Sequence record: MN159079.1
Strand: one strand, 5' to 3'
Length of the DNA stretch: 64,000 bases
Shown here: piece by piece, positions 36,833 through 46,819 of the stretch
How positions within the stretch are numbered: position 1 is the stretch's first letter
Layout of the letters: each line of letters opens with the position of its first letter
The notes under the pieces: model-generated
The model's database searches: none
The model's input: the letters and a program-made list of their open reading frames with translations, nothing else
What the model was told of the DNA's origin: nothing
Position numbers and translations under genes: made by a program

Positions 36833-37787
36833 CATCAATGCAACCTTGGAAATCGCAATGCGTGAAATGCACTGTGGTTTCGTTGTGGATGGTAATGAGT
36901 CGTATCTCACCGATATGTTCTCGACCACCAAGACCGCTATTTTCAGTGCGGTTAAACAAGGTGCGGGTAAGGCCAGCGAAAGTCTTGTAAGAGCGTTGCG
37001 TAATGCTGATCAAGCTCTGCTCAAAGCAATCGGTGCACGCCGATTGCTTCTTTCCACAATGGTCAACCGTGCCAACCGTGACGGCGTTAAAGAGGAAATC
37101 ACTTTCCCGGCAGGTTTGCTGAGCCGGACAACTGTGAAAGGTTATCCCGGAGACATCGTCAAATCGATTGAAGTGTTGATGGAAGCTATCAAACAGGTAG
37201 CTGACTACGAACAAGACCTGGAAGGATTCTACGAGAAGCAACTCGCTCTCCTCAAATCTATCACCAAGATCAAGGACACCAAGGAAGCCGCCGAACTCAT
37301 CACCAAACTGGATGATATGAAGCGACCCGCTCCCAAGTTCCCTGACAGTGTTAATTCTATGTCGAAGAGAACCAAGCTTTTGCCGGGTGGTCGTGACTTC
37401 GTTTACAACTCCGAGACTGATCGTTTCTCGATTGGTAACTCTGACGTTGATGCCAAGGATGAAACTACATCCTTTGCTAAGGAAGACATGATCCGTATTC
37501 TCGCTATGTTGAACAAACTTATCGAGACGTACACTTCCATCAGTAAGGCTAACGAGCGCTATGCAAAGCACGTTTCCGAATTCAATACTGTGGTAGGTAA
37601 GAGCTTTTCTCACCTTGAAGGTCTCAAGGGTTCTGTTAGTGCCACTTTGCTGAACGATCTCTCCGGTCGTCTCAATGGTGATGCTAGCACCTTTGCTTTC
37701 TATACCGGCTTCCTCCCCAAGGTAGTTTTGGTTGTAGACAATCATGTGGAAGAACTCACGTCCTTCTTAAGTAAACACTTTAATTAA
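36825..37787 (+). CDS. Internal head/ejection protein paralogue
   Basis: 320 aa. VDGNESY site near the N-terminus. Confidence 0.7.
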   Translation: MPNINATLEIAMREMHCGFVVDGNESYLTDMFSTTKTAIFSAVKQGAGKASESLVRALRNADQALLKAIGARRLLLSTMVNRANRDGVKEEITFPAGLLSRTTVKGYPGDIVKSIEVLMEAIKQVADYEQDLEGFYEKQLALLKSITKIKDTKEAAELITKLDDMKRPAPKFPDSVNSMSKRTKLLPGGRDFVYNSETDRFSIGNSDVDAKDETTSFAKEDMIRILAMLNKLIETYTSISKANERYAKHVSEFNTVVGKSFSHLEGLKGSVSATLLNDLSGRLNGDASTFAFYTGFLPKVVLVVDNHVEELTSFLSKHFN

Positions 37788-37839
37788 ACTGTTTCTCACT
37801 AAGTTCTGTTTTGAACGTTCATAACTGAAAGGAATAAAT

Positions 37840-39006
37840 ATGTCTCTGCATACTGTATTCGCTAGCGTTGCTGGCCAAGAAGACTCCAGCGTAGCTGTCG
37901 TTACCGAAGCTACCGTCGAGCAACTGGTTGAAGCCCAGGTTGAGGCCGAAGTAGCCGAAGCGACTGCCGAAGTAGCCGAAATCGAGAAGGACATGGACAA
38001 GATCGAACTGTCCATGGACGCGATCGAAGACAAGGTTGAAGAGCTGGAAGAAGCCATCGAAGGCATGGAATCCATGCTGGCTGGTTCCGTCGAGTTCAAC
38101 GCCGGTCTGTTCGCCCACCAGTTCGCCCAGGCTACCAAGATCGCCAACCGTTTCGGTGGTGAGCAAGTTGCCGTTCTGGGTGCCGAGTCCCTGGCCGATG
38201 CCGGTACTGCTCAGCTGAACGCTGTTGCCGGTATCGAATCCTTCAAGGAAAAGCTGTCCGCCGGTGCTAGCGCCGTCAAGGGCTTCTTCGTTGAGCTGTA
38301 CAACAGCTTCATCAACTTCGTCACCGGTATCTTCAACAAGTACAAGGCCCTGGGTAACAAGGCTACCGCTCTGAAGACCAAGGTCGAAGCCAAGAAGGAA
38401 TTCGAAGGCGAAGTCAAGCGTCCGAAGGCTGCTGGCTGGGTTGCCGCTGATGGTAAGGGTCCGGATGTTGCCGCTCTGATGAGCAAGGTCCTGTCCGACG
38501 CCGATTCCGTTGCCACCGGTAAGTGGATGAAGGCTGCCGACGCAGTCAACTCCGTCAAGGCCATCGGTCAGTCCAGCCCGGCTGGTTCCACCGAAAACAC
38601 TGCTACCTTCAAGGTACAGGTTGGTACCGGTGTTGTGACCTGCGTGGTTCCGAAGACTGAAGCCGGTCTGGGTTCCGCTGACATCGCTGTTGGTTCCGCC
38701 TCCACCGATCTGACCGCCATCAAGTCCATGAGCAAAGAAAGCCTGCTCGGCCTGTGCAACAGCGTCTCCGCTGAAATCGGTAAGATCCAGAGCCAGAAGC
38801 TGGACGGTAAGGCCCTGGCCGCCAAGCGCGACAAGGTCATCGCCGAACTCGAGAAGTACCAGAAAGAGAACGGTGCCAAGAACCAGTCCTACATCTCTGC
38901 TGCCCGTGCTGGCCACAAAGCCATCCTGCGCATCCAGCGTGGTGTACTGAAGCTGGGTGAACAGATCCTGGGTGCCAAGCTGGCCCTGGTTTCCGCTCAC
39001 GTCTAA
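37840..39006 (+). CDS. Abundant internal head/ejection protein (phiKZ gp93-97 family)
   Basis: Codon bias as strong as the capsid gene. Acidic coiled-coil propeptide with G-x-E sites (EGMESM, LGAESL, AGIESF), then an amphipathic helix. Confidence 0.75.
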   Translation: MSLHTVFASVAGQEDSSVAVVTEATVEQLVEAQVEAEVAEATAEVAEIEKDMDKIELSMDAIEDKVEELEEAIEGMESMLAGSVEFNAGLFAHQFAQATKIANRFGGEQVAVLGAESLADAGTAQLNAVAGIESFKEKLSAGASAVKGFFVELYNSFINFVTGIFNKYKALGNKATALKTKVEAKKEFEGEVKRPKAAGWVAADGKGPDVAALMSKVLSDADSVATGKWMKAADAVNSVKAIGQSSPAGSTENTATFKVQVGTGVVTCVVPKTEAGLGSADIAVGSASTDLTAIKSMSKESLLGLCNSVSAEIGKIQSQKLDGKALAAKRDKVIAELEKYQKENGAKNQSYISAARAGHKAILRIQRGVLKLGEQILGAKLALVSAHV

Positions 39007-39035
39007 GCTGACCTGGGAATGAAGCAATAAGTATT

Positions 39036-39070
39036 GGGGAGGAGAGAGCTTCGGCTCTCTCCTCCCCTTT
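39036..39070 (+). terminator. Intrinsic terminator
   Basis: GGGGAGGAGAGAGC-TTCG-GCTCTCTCCTCCCC-TTT, 14-bp stem. Confidence 0.85.
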
Positions 39071-39122
39071 ACCGTCCTTTGTTTATTTTCAAGAATGCTA
39101 TGGCTTCTTATAGGAGGACATC

Positions 39123-40226
39123 ATGTCTTTAAGCTTATCCAATAAAGGTGCCGGTGGAACGACCTCTGATAAAACAGTTGGCGAGGCACTTGGTCCCTAC
39201 GAAGAGAGTATGGCTTTCTTCGAAAAGAAAGAAATTAAGGTTGATAAGGAGAGTGTTACTTTCCCTAACAAACTTTATGTTGATGGTATTGAATCCATCG
39301 TAACCAGTTTCGGTTCTGTTCAGGTTCCTCTTCGTCAATACCTGGGTTCCGAGAATGAACAAACACTGGCTGACGACTATAGTGGTAATGAATCTCTCGG
39401 TGAAACACTGAAGAACATCATGAAAGCTATCATCCAGCTGGCCAAAGACGCAGTTGAGTTTGTGATGAACCTGATCAACAATAAACTCACACGTCTGGAT
39501 AACGCACTATTCCGTCTGAAGGGTCGTAGGAAGCGTCAGGGTCTCGCTGATAAGGAAGTTTCTTATCCCATTGGGGTAAGACGTCTGATGATCCCTGGTA
39601 AGGTTTCCACTGGTCCTGAATGGATTCCTGCTTCTCTCACCGAAGTGAAGAAGTTCTATCAGAGCTACATCAAAACCTATCGTGATCTTACCAAGCTGAT
39701 TTACATCAGTCCCGATCACTTTAGTCCTGAAGCTCACAACGAAAAGATCAATGCCATCATGCGTACTGATATGGGGATGAACATCGCCCAGTCAAACAGT
39801 GATGGTTCTGATGCGTATCGTTGTGGTCCGATTCCGGGTAACCGTTATTTCTGCTTTGATAGCCGAAGCGACGTAAAGGCAGAACGGTCCAGCATCTACT
39901 TCACTGACACCACCATGGAAGTGAAGTTGCTGTCCAAGACCTTCATGGCCACAGGTCACGTTATCGATAAGACTATTGACGGTATTCAGGAGTTGATTGA
40001 TGAAGTGCGAAAGAACCAGAAAACTGTTGGCGAGCTCCACCGCGAGTTCGAGAAGGCGGTTGTGGGTTTTGAGAAGAGAGAAGGACGAGCAGTCACAGCA
40101 GACCAGCGACACTTCCTCAGGTACCTCATCAATCATTCCAAACGTCAGTCCCAACTGACAGTCCAGTACGTCACCTCTGTATGTGACATCGCCATGGACT
40201 TCTGTGACGCAGGTATCCGTAAATGA
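39123..40226 (+). CDS. Internal head/ejection protein paralogue
   Basis: 367 aa. DGIESI and YSGNESL sites followed by an amphipathic helix. Confidence 0.7.
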   Translation: MSLSLSNKGAGGTTSDKTVGEALGPYEESMAFFEKKEIKVDKESVTFPNKLYVDGIESIVTSFGSVQVPLRQYLGSENEQTLADDYSGNESLGETLKNIMKAIIQLAKDAVEFVMNLINNKLTRLDNALFRLKGRRKRQGLADKEVSYPIGVRRLMIPGKVSTGPEWIPASLTEVKKFYQSYIKTYRDLTKLIYISPDHFSPEAHNEKINAIMRTDMGMNIAQSNSDGSDAYRCGPIPGNRYFCFDSRSDVKAERSSIYFTDTTMEVKLLSKTFMATGHVIDKTIDGIQELIDEVRKNQKTVGELHREFEKAVVGFEKREGRAVTADQRHFLRYLINHSKRQSQLTVQYVTSVCDIAMDFCDAGIRK

Positions 40227-40759
40227 ACATAGAGATCTCTACGATTTGTCGTAAGCGATTGAAGCGTTCAGTGATTTGTCTGTACAACGACCTTACCGAC
40301 GATACACTCGATGTCGCTGTCGATCCACTTACACTGCACAACCATAATGACTCGTGCATTCTGGTTAAGGACGGATTAAGTCACGGTGGGTTGTTGGTTG
40401 ATAAGATCGACCTGAAAGATTTGTTCCCCGGTACGTTGGATATCCGACGCTACAAGGGTCAAAACAAAGATCATCACCAAGTAGTGATGGACACGTCACA
40501 AGAGGGCCTGAATCGCTTTATAAACGATTTCTCCGCCAAACACGACTGTGACATGGTAGGTCTCAATCATCCTCTCCTGAACGATCCTGTAAGCTATAGC
40601 AAAGAGTTGCTACGAAACTTTGTTCTGTTCTGTCGGTTGCATGGGTTCTGGGAACTCGATGCTGTTGATTTGAGCCTGCACATGGATGAGGAGAAACTCT
40701 ACATGACCGTTGTCAAAACTCATCCGGTCTACACTGGTTCAATCGAGGTACTGATATGA
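40223..40759 (+). CDS. Hypothetical protein
   Basis: 178 aa, translationally coupled (ATGA overlap). Confidence 0.7.
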   Translation: MNIEISTICRKRLKRSVICLYNDLTDDTLDVAVDPLTLHNHNDSCILVKDGLSHGGLLVDKIDLKDLFPGTLDIRRYKGQNKDHHQVVMDTSQEGLNRFINDFSAKHDCDMVGLNHPLLNDPVSYSKELLRNFVLFCRLHGFWELDAVDLSLHMDEEKLYMTVVKTHPVYTGSIEVLI

Positions 40760-41295
40760 ACGAAACCCTGAATCACGATTTGTTCCTTCTTTTGAAGCAG
40801 CAGCTTGTGATTGCCGAACTTGTCTCTCTCAATGCTGCGGTAAAAATCGACGGTATTGAAGTTGACATTAACGAATTGGAGAAGAGCATTGTTAAACTGG
40901 TTACTCAGATTGACCAGGACATGACTCCTCCCATTGCACTCTTGGCTGGACGCAAAGTGAAGGTCGATGTTCGTGGGCTGGCCAACGAGCTCTCTGATAG
41001 CCTTTCACGGTACTACGGGGGTCAAGGTGCATGCAATCCTGAACGTATCGCTTTCCTGGTCCACAAGTGTCCACGCAACGATGAAGTGATCGATCTGTGT
41101 AACCTCGAAGAGTACTCTAACTACGACAAAGAAGATGTGACTACACTTCTTGTCCAGGTGACTCGCATCACTGATGCTGTTCGAGGTTTCCGCAAAGCCA
41201 ATGAACGCTCACTGGGTGGTCTGTTGGTATTGGTCAACTTCATGCAGATTGTCGATATGGTGTTTGAAACCACCAATGAACGTTATGGAGCCTAA
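40756..41295 (+). CDS. Hypothetical protein
   Basis: 179 aa, ATGA overlap. Confidence 0.7.
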   Translation: MNETLNHDLFLLLKQQLVIAELVSLNAAVKIDGIEVDINELEKSIVKLVTQIDQDMTPPIALLAGRKVKVDVRGLANELSDSLSRYYGGQGACNPERIAFLVHKCPRNDEVIDLCNLEEYSNYDKEDVTTLLVQVTRITDAVRGFRKANERSLGGLLVLVNFMQIVDMVFETTNERYGA

Positions 41296-41297
41296 CT

Positions 41298-42239
41298 ATG
41301 GGTACAGTAACAGATTTACCACAACACAGTTGGGATGAGGACGATTATCCCGACGCAGCAGTGACTGCTTCCGATGACATGCCCACGGTATATCCTACCG
41401 AGGAACAGCGTGCCAGGGAAGAGCAGCAAGAGAGCGATCTCAAACACGCAGAACTCATCCTGGACGGTTACGGTGAGATGCTGAGCGATAAAGAACCTGG
41501 GATGGATATCTCCGGTAATGAAGCCTATGCCAGAACTTGTTTGGAGCTGAATGGCTACAGTGGCAATGAAGGGTTTGGTGAAGACCTCATGGCGTCTGGC
41601 AAAGCCGCGTACGACTCTCTCAAAGAAGTACTCAGTAACATCATGAAGTATTTCAAGGGTGACGGCAAGGCTCGCGCTGAAGCCGCTGAAGAAGGTAGTA
41701 AAACCGCCATCAAAAACCTGGCTGAAAACGAGGATCGTTCAGCACCGATCAAGAAAGAGTCTGTGCTCGCTAAGTCCGCAACCTACGTCGCTAGCCTTCG
41801 TGAGACTCAGGTCATCGCTGCTATTCTCAGTAAGCACCCCGATCTCAAGAAGTCATTCGAGGACGTAGTTGCGGCAACTAGCCGGATTGACAACGCGCAA
41901 ACCGTAGGTCAGTTCGGGGCTTGCTTGGAACTCATGTCCAGTAAAGCGGCCGCCTGTCTCGATAAGGTCCTCACACTCGCAGAAGAACAGCTCCGGAATG
42001 CAGACACAACTGTTTCCAAACTTCGTTCTCCTAAACGGGTTGGGGACACCGAACCCTCCGAGGTAAAGGCCGCGGCTAAAGCCGAACAAAAGGGTGTCGT
42101 TGATCAAGGCAAAGAAGCGGTAGCCGATGCTCGTAAGTTCACCTCTATTCAGAACACCCTTATCGGGTACCTGAACAAGATTGCTGGTGCTGCCAACTCT
42201 GTTGCCAAGGTAAAAGCACCTTCCAAATTCAAGGGGTGA
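41298..42239 (+). CDS. Internal head/ejection protein paralogue
   Basis: 313 aa. Acidic propeptide with ISGNEAY and YSGNEGF sites. Confidence 0.7.
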   Translation: MGTVTDLPQHSWDEDDYPDAAVTASDDMPTVYPTEEQRAREEQQESDLKHAELILDGYGEMLSDKEPGMDISGNEAYARTCLELNGYSGNEGFGEDLMASGKAAYDSLKEVLSNIMKYFKGDGKARAEAAEEGSKTAIKNLAENEDRSAPIKKESVLAKSATYVASLRETQVIAAILSKHPDLKKSFEDVVAATSRIDNAQTVGQFGACLELMSSKAAACLDKVLTLAEEQLRNADTTVSKLRSPKRVGDTEPSEVKAAAKAEQKGVVDQGKEAVADARKFTSIQNTLIGYLNKIAGAANSVAKVKAPSKFKG

Positions 42240-43162
42240 TGATTGTGACCTTTACAGAACTGGTTGAACAGAATCTCCCTGAAGGTCACTCCCTTTCGAG
42301 AATCTATTCCGTGAGCAAGACCCATTCCGTATTGGAAACACACCAAGACGGGATCCCACATGAATACATGATGGAAAAGCTCGACATCTCCGAGTTGTTC
42401 ATTATGCCTCCAGTGATAGGTCTTCCTCATGCAATAAGTCGCGACTCTCTTTATAACCTGATGTCAGAACGTTTTGACCTCGGGTTGGTAAAGGGGATTG
42501 ATTACTTAGACGGGACCATGCAACAAGTAACTGATGACCCGATGTATGTCACGCTGCCAATACATGAAGACAGCCACGGATATACCGGTGAACTTCGGTT
42601 CTACGTTGTTAACGAGAAACGGTCTCTTTCAGGTAATCTGAAGCGTCGCGATCTCACTGGCTGTGATCACACCATCGTTCTCAATGACTTCAAACTCCGG
42701 ACCCTCCTTGTGTCCAAGACTTGGGGTTATGGATCTGAAAAACGGATGTTCTCTTTTGAGACGCTCTCGGGTTACTTTGTTTCCCTGTTGATGACCGCCA
42801 TCAAAGAAACATTCGGTGAAGAACAGGATGTAGTAGAAGAAGGTCAATTCACTCGTGGTGTAGTGACGGGTTTGTTTAATGACGGTCTTTCCGACATTGC
42901 AATCTTCAAGCTCTATAACGGTGTTGAATACCTGATTCGTTTCTCTTCTCCTGAAGGGGATTTACCACTTCACTTAAAAGAAACTGAAGACGCAAACTTA
43001 TTGGATGAGAACTCGAAAGAGATCTTAGCCGGGAGTGTGGAAAGAATCGGGAAAAGTGAGGGGGAAGAAACTATTACTACAGAGGAGGAAGAGATAGCGA
43101 TAGCTATTGATGACGACTTCCTTATTCCTTCTTTACCTCCGAAGGAGAATACTCCTAGTTAG
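42236..43162 (+). CDS. Hypothetical/virion protein with acidic C-terminus
   Basis: 308 aa, ends before the terminator. Confidence 0.65.
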   Translation: MMIVTFTELVEQNLPEGHSLSRIYSVSKTHSVLETHQDGIPHEYMMEKLDISELFIMPPVIGLPHAISRDSLYNLMSERFDLGLVKGIDYLDGTMQQVTDDPMYVTLPIHEDSHGYTGELRFYVVNEKRSLSGNLKRRDLTGCDHTIVLNDFKLRTLLVSKTWGYGSEKRMFSFETLSGYFVSLLMTAIKETFGEEQDVVEEGQFTRGVVTGLFNDGLSDIAIFKLYNGVEYLIRFSSPEGDLPLHLKETEDANLLDENSKEILAGSVERIGKSEGEETITTEEEEIAIAIDDDFLIPSLPPKENTPS

Positions 43163-43192
43163 AAAAGAGAAGAAGAAAAGATAATACAATAC

Positions 43193-43225
43193 CTCTCCTC
43201 ACTCCCGAAAGGGGTGAGGAGGGTT
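43193..43225 (+). terminator. Terminator-like hairpin
   Basis: CTCTCCTCACTCC-CGAAA-GGGGTGAGGAGGG. Confidence 0.7.
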
Positions 43226-43269
43226 ATGTTTGTTAAGATCTTATGGACTTGTTATAAAGAGGAAAGGAT

Positions 43270-44820
43270 ATGATCAAGGTACGTATTCCCTCTGCTGAGT
43301 CATACAAGATTTCAACCAGACCTGCTGCATACGCTTCTTTGAAGCAAGCACTGGACTATTTCCATTTGTTGAAGCAAGGTCAGAAAATCTACTTCAATGG
43401 AGAGGCTGAAGTCTCTAAGCTCATCGGTGGTGAGTTCGATAATAATCGAGGGTCTGATATACAAACAGACGTCGGTTATGACGACAAAATCTTTATTGAG
43501 TTTGAAGTAGGAGAGAGTGAATATAACGATGGATTGGACAGTGCTGATTTTGACGCGCAAACTGTTCCAACCATGTGGACTGATCCCCAGACTGGTTCTT
43601 GGATTCGTCCTGTATTCAGTGGGCGTAAGTGCGAAGTAACAGTGAACAAGTTCTTTAAGGACCGAGTTCAAGCACAACGCTACCAACACGAGATACGCGA
43701 TAAACTGAACCAAAAGGTTTTTAATACACTCTTCGACGTACAGACTCATTATCCATTAACCGTAGACATCCTGGAATGTTTCCAAGAAATCTACAACCGA
43801 TTGAACAATGTTGGTGAGATTGCACCTGAACACAGTAACTTTATCAAATGGTTCTGTGCTAAATCAGAAGTCCCTTACGACTTTATCTCCAACATCATCG
43901 GAAATAACACGGTATTCGCATTCAAGCAAGAGTCATCTGAAAATGGACTCAACTACGGGGTGGTCAACATCGCCGCAGTGAATAAAGGTGCTTATATCGG
44001 GAAGTACGAAGTGAGCTGGAGTTATTCCTTCTATTGGAATATCCACACCCACTGGGATCTTTGTTTCCCCATCCAGGTATGGCAACAACCCATGCCGCAT
44101 GAATATCTTCCCGATCTGTTTGTTAATACCAAGTACGAGTACGCAAGCAGAATGTTCATGGAATCCAAACTGGCTAGCCAGATCTTTGATTACCGGAAGA
44201 GTTCTCCAATCCAGTACCACGCGCTCCCATCACAGGACAACTGGCGTCCACCCGTTACGTCTTGGGTTTCTCCCCAACTCCAGGTATTGGTGTGTATGGA
44301 AGATGTTCCTGGGGAACAGGTCATACTGAATATCAAAGAGATCCATGGTTTCACTTGGAACCAGGAAATACTCGATTGGATCATGAAGTTTAGAACCAAG
44401 GTGACACGGCGACATGCCAACCCACTCCAGTTCAAACTGTACTCTAACGAAGTGGAGGTCAAGAATGACCAACTCGAACTCAGAGAAAACGGAGATCTCG
44501 TTCTCCTACGACCGGCTACTCTTGGAAACATCTATCGGCTTACTTTCAACCTCGATTACGCCCTTCGTCTTTATGATGACGAGTGTCGTGACGATCTTGT
44601 AAACAATCCTGATTGGTGTGAGTGGATTATCGGCATCCTGTTCCCCAATTACAAACCTCAACCTGGTTTCGGTGATGACGGTGTTTGGGATTGGTGGGAG
44701 ATACACAATGACATCGATGTGGGTGACGGTGAAGAGGTAGATTTCTTCGAAAGAGGAACTATCGGTGCACTTATCATTGCACATAACCGTGATGAGACTA
44801 ATACCCGCATTTGGTATTAA
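43270..44820 (+). CDS. Conserved virion structural protein (tail/neck cluster)
   Basis: 516 aa, first gene of the late operon 43270-48172. Confidence 0.65.
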   Translation: MIKVRIPSAESYKISTRPAAYASLKQALDYFHLLKQGQKIYFNGEAEVSKLIGGEFDNNRGSDIQTDVGYDDKIFIEFEVGESEYNDGLDSADFDAQTVPTMWTDPQTGSWIRPVFSGRKCEVTVNKFFKDRVQAQRYQHEIRDKLNQKVFNTLFDVQTHYPLTVDILECFQEIYNRLNNVGEIAPEHSNFIKWFCAKSEVPYDFISNIIGNNTVFAFKQESSENGLNYGVVNIAAVNKGAYIGKYEVSWSYSFYWNIHTHWDLCFPIQVWQQPMPHEYLPDLFVNTKYEYASRMFMESKLASQIFDYRKSSPIQYHALPSQDNWRPPVTSWVSPQLQVLVCMEDVPGEQVILNIKEIHGFTWNQEILDWIMKFRTKVTRRHANPLQFKLYSNEVEVKNDQLELRENGDLVLLRPATLGNIYRLTFNLDYALRLYDDECRDDLVNNPDWCEWIIGILFPNYKPQPGFGDDGVWDWWEIHNDIDVGDGEEVDFFERGTIGALIIAHNRDETNTRIWY

Positions 44821-44829
44821 GGATACGAA

Positions 44830-46125
44830 ATGGCACAGACGATCATTGGGGCTACTCCGGCCCCAAAGCGTGAAGAACGCGCAATGGATCCTGCCTACAA
44901 GCACAGCTTGGTAGAATCCAGTTATACCCCGCATACTAGTATGCTCTCCTTCGTTTCTGGGGAACCAACTCTCACTGAGTATTACCGTGGGAGTTACGCA
45001 CAGGACGAAGAACAACATAGTTTCGAGCCACAGTCCATACAGACCTACGCTTCGTATAAGCGGATTAACCATCTCATCATGAAACTGAATGTGGGTGAAA
45101 ACTTCATGTTCGATCAGGTGACTGGTCAAAGTTCCGTAACAATCACCGGATACGTTCTTTTCGACCTCACCCCTAACAAGGGCGACTTGTTCATTAAAGA
45201 CGTGGGTGATGGCCGAGCCGGTTTGTTTACCCTGGTAGAGCAGCCCGAGATCTACACCGTTACCGCTGACAAGTGTTACGGTATCGAAGCCAGAATGATC
45301 GGGTTTGTTACTCAAGCTATCATGGACAACCTCAACAGTAAAGTGATTGAGGAACTGTGGTATCAAAAGGATATGGCTGTTGCTGGTGGGAATGCTATTC
45401 TCTCCACAATGGATCACGATTTGAACAAAGAGCTTTACTCTGCGCAAATCGCTATTGTGGAAGACGTGCTCGCTAACCACTACTATTGGGATGAGGACAC
45501 CATCGCAATTCCCAATGACGAAGAAGACCTCCTCTACGATCCCTACCTTGCTAAATTCCTGAGTTACGTCATTCCGACGAGTCTCATGGGTCAACGCAAG
45601 AAGATCTGTTTGCTCAGTGTCAACTACTGGGTAGACAACAGGAAGATGCAAGAACCGCTCACTATCTGGGATATGTTCTACCGGAACGATTTCAGTAACC
45701 CTGCCAGGTTCAAGCAGGACTTCTTTGTTCATCCGCGTAACAGTCTGTTGAATGCGAGAACGTATGGTTCAGTATTCTTCTCGAAGTTTGACAGAGCGAT
45801 TGTCATTCATGAAAAGGCGGCACGACGTGACGCTTACAAAATGAATGGCGCCATGTTCGCAATCGGCCCGTCTCCGACCTACTCCACCACACCGGGTGAA
45901 CCGTACAGCTATTACTTTAGCGATGAGTTCTACGAGGGCAAATCCACCAATGACAATGAGAAGTTTGTCTGGGATATGTTCAAAGACAAAACGGTGGATA
46001 AGAAGAAACTGTTGGAAGTACTCAAGGGTTTCTGGTCTATGGACGAGAAAGACAAGCTTTACATGAGCGGGATCTATCTATTAGCCATCAGAATGGCTCT
46101 GGTGAAATCTTCTGCTTATGTATAA
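44830..46125 (+). CDS. Virion structural protein, possibly neck/head-completion (T4 gp14-like)
   Basis: 431 aa. LTPNKGDLFIKD resembles the PxxGDLI motif of gp14-type proteins (inference). Confidence 0.5.
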   Translation: MAQTIIGATPAPKREERAMDPAYKHSLVESSYTPHTSMLSFVSGEPTLTEYYRGSYAQDEEQHSFEPQSIQTYASYKRINHLIMKLNVGENFMFDQVTGQSSVTITGYVLFDLTPNKGDLFIKDVGDGRAGLFTLVEQPEIYTVTADKCYGIEARMIGFVTQAIMDNLNSKVIEELWYQKDMAVAGGNAILSTMDHDLNKELYSAQIAIVEDVLANHYYWDEDTIAIPNDEEDLLYDPYLAKFLSYVIPTSLMGQRKKICLLSVNYWVDNRKMQEPLTIWDMFYRNDFSNPARFKQDFFVHPRNSLLNARTYGSVFFSKFDRAIVIHEKAARRDAYKMNGAMFAIGPSPTYSTTPGEPYSYYFSDEFYEGKSTNDNEKFVWDMFKDKTVDKKKLLEVLKGFWSMDEKDKLYMSGIYLLAIRMALVKSSAYV

Positions 46126-46140
46126 CAGAAGGTATTAAGA

Positions 46141-46809
46141 ATGATCTACGAGCGCTACAACGCCGTTAGGAAGCGTTTAATCGAACTCCATAAAGCAATG
46201 ACCAAATACACCTATGACGTCGTTGCTCCCCCATCTGCTTTTATGCAGATGGAAGAGTTGAAAGATACGGTTGAACGTGAACGGTACAAAATCGGATTGG
46301 ACCGATTAGGTGATTTGGTTGAACGACCAATGACTATCATGAAAATGGCTTCTGCAATCTCCATTAATGGGGATGACAGCCAAATCCATTTCAGATGGCC
46401 CAGGAGAGACATACCGGATATTTACGAAAACATCCAGGAGTACATCAAGCTGTGGTTGGAAATCAAAACTGACTACGCTTGGTTGAAAGCTGCAAGCCTG
46501 GAAGAACTCGAATATCTGGAAGCAGTTGCAAAGTTTGTCTTCGGTCCCTATAAAGAGTATCGCGCAGGAAAGATCAACAAAGAGATCAATCGTGGCGGTA
46601 CTGGTTCTGACCTCCTGGATGCGTTGACAGGCGTTTGGATGCTCGGTGAGGAAGGTATGCAAGAGATCTCCTTTGTTAGTCACATAGCGCTTTACAGAGA
46701 GGCTAATGGGATCAGCAAGGGCATCAGTACCAACCTCGGTCATTCTGAGACCCTGGAATCCCTGCTTCGCGGAAGTTCGTTTGGCGGTGGTATGAGCGGA
46801 CTGGTTTAA
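46141..46809 (+). CDS. Conserved hypothetical protein
   Basis: 222 aa, in operon. Confidence 0.7.
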   Translation: MIYERYNAVRKRLIELHKAMTKYTYDVVAPPSAFMQMEELKDTVERERYKIGLDRLGDLVERPMTIMKMASAISINGDDSQIHFRWPRRDIPDIYENIQEYIKLWLEIKTDYAWLKAASLEELEYLEAVAKFVFGPYKEYRAGKINKEINRGGTGSDLLDALTGVWMLGEEGMQEISFVSHIALYREANGISKGISTNLGHSETLESLLRGSSFGGGMSGLV

Positions 46810-46819
46810 GGGGATTTAA

